Both the position numbers and the translations under genes were made by a program. From a virus (taxonomy: Duplodnaviria; Caudoviricetes), in IMG/VR virus record IMGVR_UViG_3300033498_000048, positions 32,001 to 96,000 of that record: 64,000 nucleotides of DNA. The stretch is one strand, 5' to 3'. Shown here one piece after another: positions 9,033-17,457 of the stretch. Each line of letters opens with the position of its first letter. Position 1 is the first letter of the stretch. The notes under the pieces were generated by a model. It saw only the letters and a list, made by a program, of their open reading frames with translations. It had not been told where the DNA came from and ran no database searches.

Positions 9033-10247
9033 TTACACTAATATAATTGTGTTGAATTTAGTACGACTGAGTGCAGTGTACAAACAACGCAGTTTTTCTT
9101 CAATAGTTCCAGGCATACTTAAGATGTCTTTTGTGTTGATTACTGTAGTATCATACGATGACCCCTGGGATTGATGTGCAGTTAAACAATATGAATGTTT
9201 AACATGAATAAACGTATCTCTAAATTTATAATAATCTTTCCAAGTAAACGATTTATCACCTTTAGCTAATTGATTTCCCATTTCAGTTAATATGGAATTT
9301 AAACCAATTCTATCTTGTGGAGCAACAAAACTATTGTTAATGACTAATGATGGAATTTCAAATTTTACACTTCCAACTTTGATTATTGAATTATGTGGCT
9401 CTATATCTTCAACATCAATAATATCACCAATATTCATTACAATGGTGTTATTAGTATCAAGTTTATATGGACGCTGTAATATCAACGATTCGTTCTTTGA
9501 GTATATGAACTCTGCATTTGGATAAATTGTTTGATGACATAAATCATTTAGATTATCTACAACTACATTCCTATACGCAATAGCCGAACAGTTTTTGGTA
9601 TTTAACTTATTAGCCATTTGATTCAATATTGAAATGAAGTTATCACTTTTACGAATTATAATAACACTTCTGGTGATTCCATCTTTTCCAACGATTTGTC
9701 CAGAAAACTTAGATAAGTCTGGAATAATATTCGTTTTTGACAATATTAATGTGCGTAACAATGCCAATAATGGTCTTATTGGATGATTAACATTCGTTTG
9801 TCTCATTTGTTCAGTTAATGTGATACTTTCATGTACCAAAGAAAATGCTGGACTATAATTTAAATTTACTGGAAATAATTGTGCTTCATCTCCAACAATA
9901 ACAATCTTAATATGTTTTAATCGTTTAACTCTTGAACATATTATATCATCAACCATACTACCTTCATCTATTACTAATACATCATATTGTGTAGATTTAC
10001 ATTCACCTTTTTTGTCAATACTGACAACTCCAGTATATTCATTTACAACTAAGCCTAAGAATGAATATATCGTCATACAATCAATTTGATTACAACCCAT
10101 TTCAATTAGTACATTCACAGCTTTGTTAGTTGGAGCTGTAAATGCTATACGAACATTCTTTGACACCTGTTGTAATAAATACGTTTTCCCAGTTCCAGCT
10201 TCACCGTATAGCCCTATTCGTTTATCCCTAGGGCTATTCATAATCAA
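9033..10247 (-). CDS. dda: SF1B DNA helicase (T4 Dda / RecD-like)
   Basis: Walker A GEAGTGKT, APTNKAV, DEGSM, VGDEAQLFPV, LTEQMRQ, LTAHQSQGSSYD, LYTALSR. Confidence 0.85.
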   Translation of the reverse strand: MIMNSPRDKRIGLYGEAGTGKTYLLQQVSKNVRIAFTAPTNKAVNVLIEMGCNQIDCMTIYSFLGLVVNEYTGVVSIDKKGECKSTQYDVLVIDEGSMVDDIICSRVKRLKHIKIVIVGDEAQLFPVNLNYSPAFSLVHESITLTEQMRQTNVNHPIRPLLALLRTLILSKTNIIPDLSKFSGQIVGKDGITRSVIIIRKSDNFISILNQMANKLNTKNCSAIAYRNVVVDNLNDLCHQTIYPNAEFIYSKNESLILQRPYKLDTNNTIVMNIGDIIDVEDIEPHNSIIKVGSVKFEIPSLVINNSFVAPQDRIGLNSILTEMGNQLAKGDKSFTWKDYYKFRDTFIHVKHSYCLTAHQSQGSSYDTTVINTKDILSMPGTIEEKLRCLYTALSRTKFNTIILV

Positions 10248-10306
10248 ATCAACAGCATTATTTTGTAATTGATTTAATTTAATTTTATATCACTCCACAA
10301 CTTTAG

Positions 10307-10729
10307 TTACCGATTATCGTTATCAATTATCAAATCAGACTTTGGATTAAAAATGAACAATCTAAGTTCTTCTTTAGACAAATCAGCAGTTGTGCCACTC
10401 GATTGGTGGTCAATGTAACTATCTTTATCAAGGTCATACACAACAGAAGAACATCCTGTTTGTTCCATAATAACTTCCGTTAATAAAGCTAACTTGGAAT
10501 AACTATGCTGATAATCTACAGCTACATAATTTGCCTTAGTTATGGCATCATTATATTCTTCATAACCCCAACCAAACTCACCTCCAGTCAACGTTACAAC
10601 ACCATCCTCATTAACTGGTAATGTTTCTAATAACTCATCCGTATCACTAATTGAAATTGAATGAGTTGAGGATGAGTTAGTTTCAAATACATCTTTTCTA
10701 ATTATTTGCTTCATTTTGTTTTCCCTCAA
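10307..10729 (-). CDS. FETNSSSTHS-family phage protein
   Basis: IRKDVFETNSSSTHSISI, FGWGYE, YIDHQS; tandem paralog of the next ORF. Confidence 0.8.
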   Translation of the reverse strand: MRENKMKQIIRKDVFETNSSSTHSISISDTDELLETLPVNEDGVVTLTGGEFGWGYEEYNDAITKANYVAVDYQHSYSKLALLTEVIMEQTGCSSVVYDLDKDSYIDHQSSGTTADLSKEELRLFIFNPKSDLIIDNDNR

Positions 10730-11615
10730 TTGTAATAATTGCCCATTTTGCCACGTCTGCGTCCGAATCAGTAGTTAATTGTTCTAATGCCCAATTTGGT
10801 AGTTTTTCATTTGTAGCAAGTTCCATACGAATATACTTGTCATCACAATCTAAGAATTTAACTAAGAGGTCAGCTGGACAATTATCATTATAAACCATAG
10901 TTGTTTTAATATCTTTATAAGTGTCATCAGCTTCAACTATAGCCAATATGTGATGTGGGGTATTCTCATTTGAAATTATCTCGGTTACTATTTCCAAGTT
11001 ATCCATATTCAAATTAAACAACAATTCCAATATTGAATCAGTTGATTTTGGATGACTAGCAACATCTAATTTATCACTATATGTTCCATTAATAGCCCAC
11101 TCGGTTAATGTTTCAACATCAACATTCGTGTCGTAGCCATTATCATTTCCAGTTTTAAGTATTGACTTTGGGTTAAAGATAAAACTTCTTAATAATTCTG
11201 GAGATTCAAATAAATAATGTAAGTCTTTACTCTCAACAGATTGATGGTCAATATAACCAAAATCAAAATACAATTCATTTGTAGTGTAATTCTTTTTAGG
11301 AGTACCCTTAAAAATTACATTATCACATTGAGTTTGTTCTTTAATAATCTGCTTCAATACAGATAGGAATTGTTCACTTTTATCTCCAGACCAATCTAAA
11401 GCATAAATTAGGGAATAATTAGCTTTATCTATTGTGTTGGAATATGTTTTCCATTCCCAACCAAACTTACCTCCAGTTATAATAACATTACCATCAATAT
11501 CAACTGGCAACGTTTCAAACAATTCATTTGCTAATGTTGAATCCAATGATATTGAATGGGTTGAAGATGAATTTGTTTCAAACACTTTTTTTCTAATCAT
11601 ATTATTTGTTCTCAT
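10698..11615 (-). CDS. FETNSSSTHS-family protein with C-terminal HEAT/LRV-like helical repeats
   Basis: Same N-terminal motifs; C-terminus has repeated ASHPKS/ISNENTP/VYNDNCP/ATNEKLP units. Confidence 0.8.
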   Translation of the reverse strand: MRTNNMIRKKVFETNSSSTHSISLDSTLANELFETLPVDIDGNVIITGGKFGWEWKTYSNTIDKANYSLIYALDWSGDKSEQFLSVLKQIIKEQTQCDNVIFKGTPKKNYTTNELYFDFGYIDHQSVESKDLHYLFESPELLRSFIFNPKSILKTGNDNGYDTNVDVETLTEWAINGTYSDKLDVASHPKSTDSILELLFNLNMDNLEIVTEIISNENTPHHILAIVEADDTYKDIKTTMVYNDNCPADLLVKFLDCDDKYIRMELATNEKLPNWALEQLTTDSDADVAKWAIITIEGKQNEANN

Positions 11616-11912
11616 AGTAAGGTTCCTCGGTTGAGTCGGATGAAGTGTTTAATAAGCCCATACTAATTAATTGGTCATACCTATAGCTCTGGAATTTAGA
11701 CTTCACTTTCGATTTTCGCCTTGGTTTTATTGTTATTTCACATTCCCACACCTCCCAATCCCCACCTTTTGGAGGATTAATACAACCAACTATCATTCCA
11801 GCAAACAGTTGTGAACCCTTATCGTTAGGGTTACTTGTAACAAACTTTCCAATGGTTTTAAATTCACGTTCGCCTGTTATTGGCTCTAAATCAATTGCTA
11901 ATGTTTTTTTCA
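11602..11912 (-). CDS. Hypothetical protein
   Basis: Track ORF to 12036; MKKTLAID start at 11912 minimises overlap with the radical SAM gene. Confidence 0.6.
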
Positions 11913-12766
11913 TAATAGTTTTTAATGGATTGATAATTGCTTTTATGTTCATTCCGTGATGATGGAGAAAAATACTTATCAACGGCATTAATATAAAATG
12001 AGTGTTCGTGTTGGTATGATGATTTCCACAAATCATCTGGAATGAATCTTTTTATCTTTAATTGTTCCAATGCTAAATTATCAAACGCAACAACATCAAA
12101 CAACTTAAATAGCTCATTTACATACCATAACCATTGTTTGTGTGAACGTGATGTTAAGTCAACTTTACCTAGATTGAATCCAAAGTCCTTTTCACCTAAA
12201 ATTAATATCTTTTTAACACCTATTGTAGATAGCCCTTTAACTGCACTAAAATCGTCTATACCAGCGATAACGTGGACAACCATGTTATCATACTCAGTGA
12301 ACGGTATAAACGCTGTAATGGCACGGAATGACACTCCAAGACCATATATTAACTGATTATCAATCAAGTGTTGGATGTGTTTACGCATTGAAGCTATTGT
12401 TAATTGATTAACTGTAAGATTGCATATGAAACCACACTCTTTAGCCCAATGTAAGAACTCCCACAATTGTTCTGAATATTGGTTACAACCGATAGCCAAT
12501 TCAATTCCAGCTGGAATTTCTGCTAACACAGACTTTAACTCGGTGTAATCACACTCATCACCATCCACAGTTGCGGATTCGTGGCAAAAGTGACACACCG
12601 ACTTTCCAGTATTTTTATTATAACCAAGTGGACACCCAGATTGGACTCGAATATCAATGTTTAACGGATAATCAAGTTTAAGTTCATTATCCACCCAAGT
12701 AACGGTTCTTGTTCCGTCTAATAATACCGAAACAACGGCATTACCATTTGTATATTCTACAATCAT
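11891..12766 (-). CDS. Radical SAM protein with atypical CX12CX2C motif
   Basis: PLNIDIRV..GC-PLGYNKNTGKSV-CHFCHES, ELAIG, NLTVNQ, GLGVS. Confidence 0.75.
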   Translation of the reverse strand: MIVEYTNGNAVVSVLLDGTRTVTWVDNELKLDYPLNIDIRVQSGCPLGYNKNTGKSVCHFCHESATVDGDECDYTELKSVLAEIPAGIELAIGCNQYSEQLWEFLHWAKECGFICNLTVNQLTIASMRKHIQHLIDNQLIYGLGVSFRAITAFIPFTEYDNMVVHVIAGIDDFSAVKGLSTIGVKKILILGEKDFGFNLGKVDLTSRSHKQWLWYVNELFKLFDVVAFDNLALEQLKIKRFIPDDLWKSSYQHEHSFYINAVDKYFSPSSRNEHKSNYQSIKNYYEKNISN

Positions 12767-12768
12767 AA

Positions 12769-13317
12769 TTAACCTTTTTTCTTAATTTTTAAAAGTTCAT
12801 TAATAATGGAGTTAAGTTTAATGTTTTCAACATCGGGTGTCAACAAGTTTAATACATTTTGAAGTAAATCGGTTTTATTCGGAAATATTAATTTTAGTGC
12901 TTCTTCACCTGAACCATATACTCCAAGATACCAAACATCATCTGGAATCGAATGTCCAATTATAGATTCAAATCTTGTCCTATTAAAAAACAATATTGAT
13001 GGAACATCATACACCACTGGAATAATTAAAGCAGTTGAACCACGACAAATATGAGTCATTGATTTAATCATATCAACCTGCTCATCGCGTTTTTTGTTAT
13101 TTGATGTGTAAGCATTATACACATATATTCCAATACTTGGTTCATCTGTCAATATTCTTGAAAATTGTCCAATTGCGGAACTGTAAATATCATTCTCATA
13201 AACCTTATATTGGTCTTTTTCAAATATCGTAGACAATATTTTATCTACAATTTTCAAATTTAATTCAGTATCACACAACACTCTAATTCTTCTTTTCATA
13301 ATATACTCATTTATCAA
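12769..13317 (-). CDS. Hypothetical protein
   Basis: 182 aa, operonic. Confidence 0.7.
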   Translation of the reverse strand: MINEYIMKRRIRVLCDTELNLKIVDKILSTIFEKDQYKVYENDIYSSAIGQFSRILTDEPSIGIYVYNAYTSNNKKRDEQVDMIKSMTHICRGSTALIIPVVYDVPSILFFNRTRFESIIGHSIPDDVWYLGVYGSGEEALKLIFPNKTDLLQNVLNLLTPDVENIKLNSIINELLKIKKKG

Positions 13318-13595
13318 TGGAAACTGTCATTTAAACCCAACATTGTAGTCATTCAATATTAGAAATCTTACTAACATCCAAACCAAACGGTTTCGTGTTT
13401 TTATCAATCCAATCCCTCAATTCTTCTACTTCACACAACAATCCAATTTGTTCTTCATGGGGCATTGTATCAAAATGAAATTTAATACTGTTAAACATCC
13501 CGATAATTCCTGATAATGCTATCATAATTGTTCCTCGTTCCTTCTTCTTAAACTGTTAATGGGATAACTATTGCAAATAGTTCCTTTAGTTACCG

Positions 13596-13949
13596 TTAAT
13601 AGTCACAATATCTGCATTTTACATCTCCTTCATCGTTGATGATTTCTAAAATAGCTAAACTTTTAGATGTATTAGATAACCCATTCTTACTCCACACATT
13701 ATATCTATCTTCCCCAACAAAACCTATAAAATCCCCTATACTATAATCACTAGGGTAAAAATTATCTAAATCTTCTTGGTCTTCGATATATACATTTTTG
13801 ACATATACTAACTTACCACAATTTAACTTAACTAAACATTTACCATTTTTATCACAGATATTTTTTAGTTTTGTAGTAAATGGGTTTAATCTATCTTCTA
13901 AATAAATTATAGCTGGATTTTCTGATAATTCTGTCATAATTGATGCCAA
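13596..13949 (-). CDS. Hypothetical protein
   Basis: 117 aa, downstream of promoter 13975-14005. Confidence 0.65.
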   Translation of the reverse strand: MASIMTELSENPAIIYLEDRLNPFTTKLKNICDKNGKCLVKLNCGKLVYVKNVYIEDQEDLDNFYPSDYSIGDFIGFVGEDRYNVWSKNGLSNTSKSLAILEIINDEGDVKCRYCDY

Positions 13950-13974
13950 TTAACATTTTTAAAAACGATGGCGT

Positions 13975-14005
13975 ATTGTAACACACCTAAAAATAAAAAG
14001 TACAA
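13975..14005 (-). promoter_or_regulatory. Extended -10 early promoter
   Basis: TTGTAC..T-rich..GTGTGT-TACAAT; near-copy at 24980-25010. Confidence 0.55.
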
Positions 14006-14743
14006 CTATTTTGCATAGAGTTCGTTCCATCTGTTTTTGATAAATTCAAAATAATCTGAGTCGGATATTCCATTATATTTCCCAATTGCAAATGCGTCAT
14101 TCAATTCTATAATAACATACTTGCCATTTTTTAATTGTCCAATATCTAATGCTAAGGTTTCAGTTTTTATATATTTCAAACAATCTGATATGAACTTGCT
14201 TGATGGAACCTTATCATCAACAGAATCATCATATTGACATATTGAAATAACTTTACCATTTGTAATATAACATCTCCATTCAGCTTGAATCGAAATCAAA
14301 TCACTTTGATATATTAACAAATCATATGGAATATTTTTAAATATGTTATATTGTTCTAATTCATATTCACTACTATATGAATTAATATTATCACCACGAT
14401 AAATGAATCCTGAAAACAATTTAGTCGTAACTGGTTTAATGAAAATTGGGGATTCATTTAATTCAGATTTGTTTCCAATTGAAATATTCCTTCGATAAAA
14501 CTCAATTGGAAACTTAATAAGGTCTAAGCTATTAAAACCATAATATGGGATTTTCAGCAATTCAATAACTCGATTGACAAATTCCACAGAACCAACTGGA
14601 ATAGCTCCATTAATAAAGTGGTCTGTGTGTTTGTTTATATCTGCCAAATCGCACTCAATTAGGTTTAAGTTATCCTTAACCATACTCAATTTGCGAATAC
14701 ACCTAGATTCGCTTGAATTACTGCGTTGTAATATTACCAACAT
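14006..14743 (-). CDS. ATP-grasp protein (DUF4343/R2K-like)
   Basis: PVGSVEFV, FIKPVTTKLFSG, EWRCYI, ALDIG, IELND. Confidence 0.8.
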   Translation of the reverse strand: MLVILQRSNSSESRCIRKLSMVKDNLNLIECDLADINKHTDHFINGAIPVGSVEFVNRVIELLKIPYYGFNSLDLIKFPIEFYRRNISIGNKSELNESPIFIKPVTTKLFSGFIYRGDNINSYSSEYELEQYNIFKNIPYDLLIYQSDLISIQAEWRCYITNGKVISICQYDDSVDDKVPSSKFISDCLKYIKTETLALDIGQLKNGKYVIIELNDAFAIGKYNGISDSDYFEFIKNRWNELYAK

Positions 14744-15227
14744 TTAAGTGTTCCTCCCTAACTGCCATTAAGACTTGACCCAATAAGTTTTTGCCACGCC
14801 ATGTAGATTTGTTCCAAGCTAATGGGTCATCTTTACCTAATTTAATTCCCCATATATCATCAAATGGTGATGCTTCAACTAAAATGGTTGGATAAGTTGA
14901 AAGTAATTGTTCCATTAAGTCAGGGTTTTGTTCAAATTTTAATGTACAAGCCTCAGTCATATAATTGACACTAACGTTTGTCCACTCAGATTCACTAAAC
15001 AATTTAACTTTCTGTCCTAGCTTTTTATGTTCTTTTGGGTCTGTTTCTTGGAGTATCAATCTAGCAATTCTTTCATCGCGAAAGTGTAACGCTTTTTTGA
15101 GCATAAAATATTGTTCGGAACAATTGAATGTTGTTCCGTTAGATGTGAATTTACATGAATGGAAGTTTGAAAAAATTGAACCCCAAAACAATGTCATTCC
15201 ATTTTCTATTCGTATTCCTCTAATCAT
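14718..15227 (-). CDS. NADAR (YbiA/DUF1768) family protein
   Basis: FSNF, CSEQYFM..KA..F.D, K.LG..VK.F, KFEQN, LVEASPFDDIWG, G.NLLG..LM.VR. Confidence 0.9.
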   Translation of the reverse strand: MIRGIRIENGMTLFWGSIFSNFHSCKFTSNGTTFNCSEQYFMLKKALHFRDERIARLILQETDPKEHKKLGQKVKLFSESEWTNVSVNYMTEACTLKFEQNPDLMEQLLSTYPTILVEASPFDDIWGIKLGKDDPLAWNKSTWRGKNLLGQVLMAVREEHLNVGNITTQ

Positions 15228-15253
15228 TGGTATTTCCCACTTTAATATTAACT

Positions 15254-15466
15254 TCAGCCTATTCTGCTTGGTCTACACTCAAAAACAGAGCCACAAGTTT
15301 CACAATGTTCAATGTAAATTGTTACCGTTCTTTCACCATCGTCACAATCAAAAATCAAATCCTTAAACCGTGTTTCTGTAAGTTTTGAACAATCGCATTT
15401 TATTAGTTCACCACATTCATCACACCAGCCACTATCTAATTCACCATGCTCACTACATTTGTACAT
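15254..15466 (-). CDS. Small Cys-rich (Zn-binding) hypothetical protein
   Basis: C.EHG..C..C..C and C..CG motifs. Confidence 0.65.
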   Translation of the reverse strand: MYKCSEHGELDSGWCDECGELIKCDCSKLTETRFKDLIFDCDDGERTVTIYIEHCETCGSVFECRPSRIG

Positions 15467-15549
15467 TCAATGTCATCCAACTTATTTTTTATGGGTCTAT
15501 ATCAAATATAAACATTATTTACTCACCAACATTGAGGGGTGCTAAATCT

Positions 15550-15602
15550 GCACCCATCGTAGTATAACTTAATTAATGGATGCAAGTGCTAACTCATTGA
15601 TT
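15550..15602. repeat. Degenerate palindromic element (right arm intact)
   Basis: aagtgctaactcattgatt at 15584-15602; left arm eroded (gcaccc). Confidence 0.75.
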
Positions 15603-15625
15603 TATGGTTACACACTGGATTGGGA

Positions 15626-15976
15626 TTAGTTCCTTATCCAAAAAGATTTTACTTTAGCAGCAATAAGTAATTTTTCAATGTCATAACTTGGATTCTTACT
15701 ATTTTTAACCCTTCGCAAGTTGTGTTTCATCACACCCTTTACCACGTCAACATCGTTTGGGTTTAATACCTCAATCACAACACCAGCATATTTTAATATA
15801 GTACCCGTAGCTTTATATAGAGTTTTGCCAGTCCCATCACAACATCCACAGTTTGAACTTCCATTATTATCATACCGACCAGAACCAGAACAAGCCGAAC
15901 ATACTCCGAGTTTATGTTTATAAACATTACTGTAATATCTTTTTGTTCTTTCTTTTTTTGCCTCTAAAAAGGTCAT
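15626..15976 (-). CDS. Protein with DnaJ-type CxxCxGxG zinc finger
   Basis: CSACSGSG and CGCCDGTG. Confidence 0.7.
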   Translation of the reverse strand: MTFLEAKKERTKRYYSNVYKHKLGVCSACSGSGRYDNNGSSNCGCCDGTGKTLYKATGTILKYAGVVIEVLNPNDVDVVKGVMKHNLRRVKNSKNPSYDIEKLLIAAKVKSFWIRN

Positions 15977-16077
15977 TTCATTTAGTCCTTGTCAAGTTAA
16001 ATATGTTAGTATGTGGAACATTTATGTGATTAATCCAAGTACACATCACTTACAACCATTAGTTAATTATAAGACCG

Positions 16078-16419
16078 TCATTGATTCTTGATTAACCGTT
16101 GTATAGTTTCACCTAAAACCGTATCTTCGTTTCCACAATCATCACTAACCAAATACAATCCCATGTTTAGTAATGTGTTGGTAACTGTGGTTTGTTTATT
16201 GTTGATGTTACTAATAAACTTAAAGCCTGTTTTGAACCAAGTTCCATTGGATATAAGTTCTTGTCTTCTTACTAACATTTCTGCCCTTGAACGAACTCTA
16301 AATAATATGTTTGGATTATACCAGTTCCCATTTGGTAATTTACCACCAGCTATTAGTCCTATAGTAAGATTCTTTATCAGTTTGTTAAGTTGCTTAACTC
16401 TTAAATTCTTTGTCATCAA
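16078..16419 (-). CDS. Hypothetical protein
   Basis: 113 aa, GGGG RBS, promoter 16441-16469. Confidence 0.65.
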   Translation of the reverse strand: MMTKNLRVKQLNKLIKNLTIGLIAGGKLPNGNWYNPNILFRVRSRAEMLVRRQELISNGTWFKTGFKFISNINNKQTTVTNTLLNMGLYLVSDDCGNEDTVLGETIQRLIKNQ

Positions 16420-16440
16420 TTACCCCTTTAAGTTTTGTTT

Positions 16441-16469
16441 ATATTACAGGTGTTTTAATATCTTGTCAA
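16441..16469 (-). promoter_or_regulatory. sigma70-type early promoter
   Basis: TTGACA-17-TAATAT. Confidence 0.6.
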
Positions 16470-16496
16470 TTGTATTTAATAATAAATATCACACGC

Positions 16497-16831
16497 AACT
16501 ATCAATGACTTAGCATTTGGAACAGTTAGGTAATTACTAACACACCACAAGTGCTAAGTCATTGATAGTTGTTATCGTATAAGTTTGGTAGTAACTGTTC
16601 CAAGTGCTAACTCGTTTGTGTCAATAACCTGTTCTATAATATCATTCATTGTCAATTATTAAGAATCAATGACTTAGCATTTGGAACAGTTATATAATTT
16701 AATTAACTAATGCCTGTAAGTGCTAACTCGTTGATTCTTAATAATTGATAAATATACAGTAACAATCAATAACTTAGCACTTGGAACAGTTATACAACTA
16801 AGACCACGGTGTAAGTGCTAACTCATTGATT
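16497..16831. repeat. Array of palindromic elements at a divergent junction
   Basis: 16497-16570 intact; partial ending 16602-16618; 16664-16736 (35-nt core); 16764-16831 intact. Confidence 0.95.
16747..16754 (+). promoter_or_regulatory. Possible late promoter (GATAAATA) inside an array linker
   Basis: NATAAATA variant about 100 nt upstream of the plus-strand late operon. Confidence 0.4.
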
Positions 16832-16856
16832 CCTAACAAATGTAAGGAGTAAACGA

Positions 16857-17456
16857 ATGTTGAGCTTTCAACAATATAAAAATAGACCGTTATATGAAAG
16901 TATATCTAAAGGTGAACCGATAATCGTAGTTGACATCCAACCTGCATATGAAAAATTTTGCGATGATGTTATTTCAAATGACGCATTCATACAAATGATA
17001 AACAACCAAGAAAACATATTGTGGTTTTTTAATGGAGATTTTGATGGATTAACCAATGATAACATAAACACATTAAAGTCGTGGTTATTAGAATATGGAA
17101 TCACAAAGAAGACATTAAAACGAATTACATTTAAAGAAAAGTCTTATGGGTTTCTTAGGGGGTGGATGGATAATGATGTTCCATATAATATCATTATTAA
17201 GGTTATACGAGAAATGTATATAAAAAAGAAATATAGCTCAGATGAATTAGATTTAACTAAAGTGTTAAATGACGATGAACTTGAATTAGTTCCACAATAT
17301 GATTCAATTGGATTAACTGATATAGCTATTGCACAATTAAAGAAATATTCTGGATTTATTTGTGGTGGTGGAGCAGAAGAATGTTTGAGGGAAATTGAAT
17401 TACTAATGTCTGCTTTTAATTTCAAATGTAAACGATTACAAGAATATATCTATTAA
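16857..17456 (+). CDS. Isochorismatase/cysteine-hydrolase-fold protein with capsid-targeting-like leader
   Basis: IIVVDIQ (Asp), KEKSYGF (Lys), CGGGAEECL (Cys); leader MLSFQQYKNRPLYES; AAGGAG RBS. Confidence 0.65.
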   Translation: MLSFQQYKNRPLYESISKGEPIIVVDIQPAYEKFCDDVISNDAFIQMINNQENILWFFNGDFDGLTNDNINTLKSWLLEYGITKKTLKRITFKEKSYGFLRGWMDNDVPYNIIIKVIREMYIKKKYSSDELDLTKVLNDDELELVPQYDSIGLTDIAIAQLKKYSGFICGGGAEECLREIELLMSAFNFKCKRLQEYIY

Positions 17457-17457
17457 T

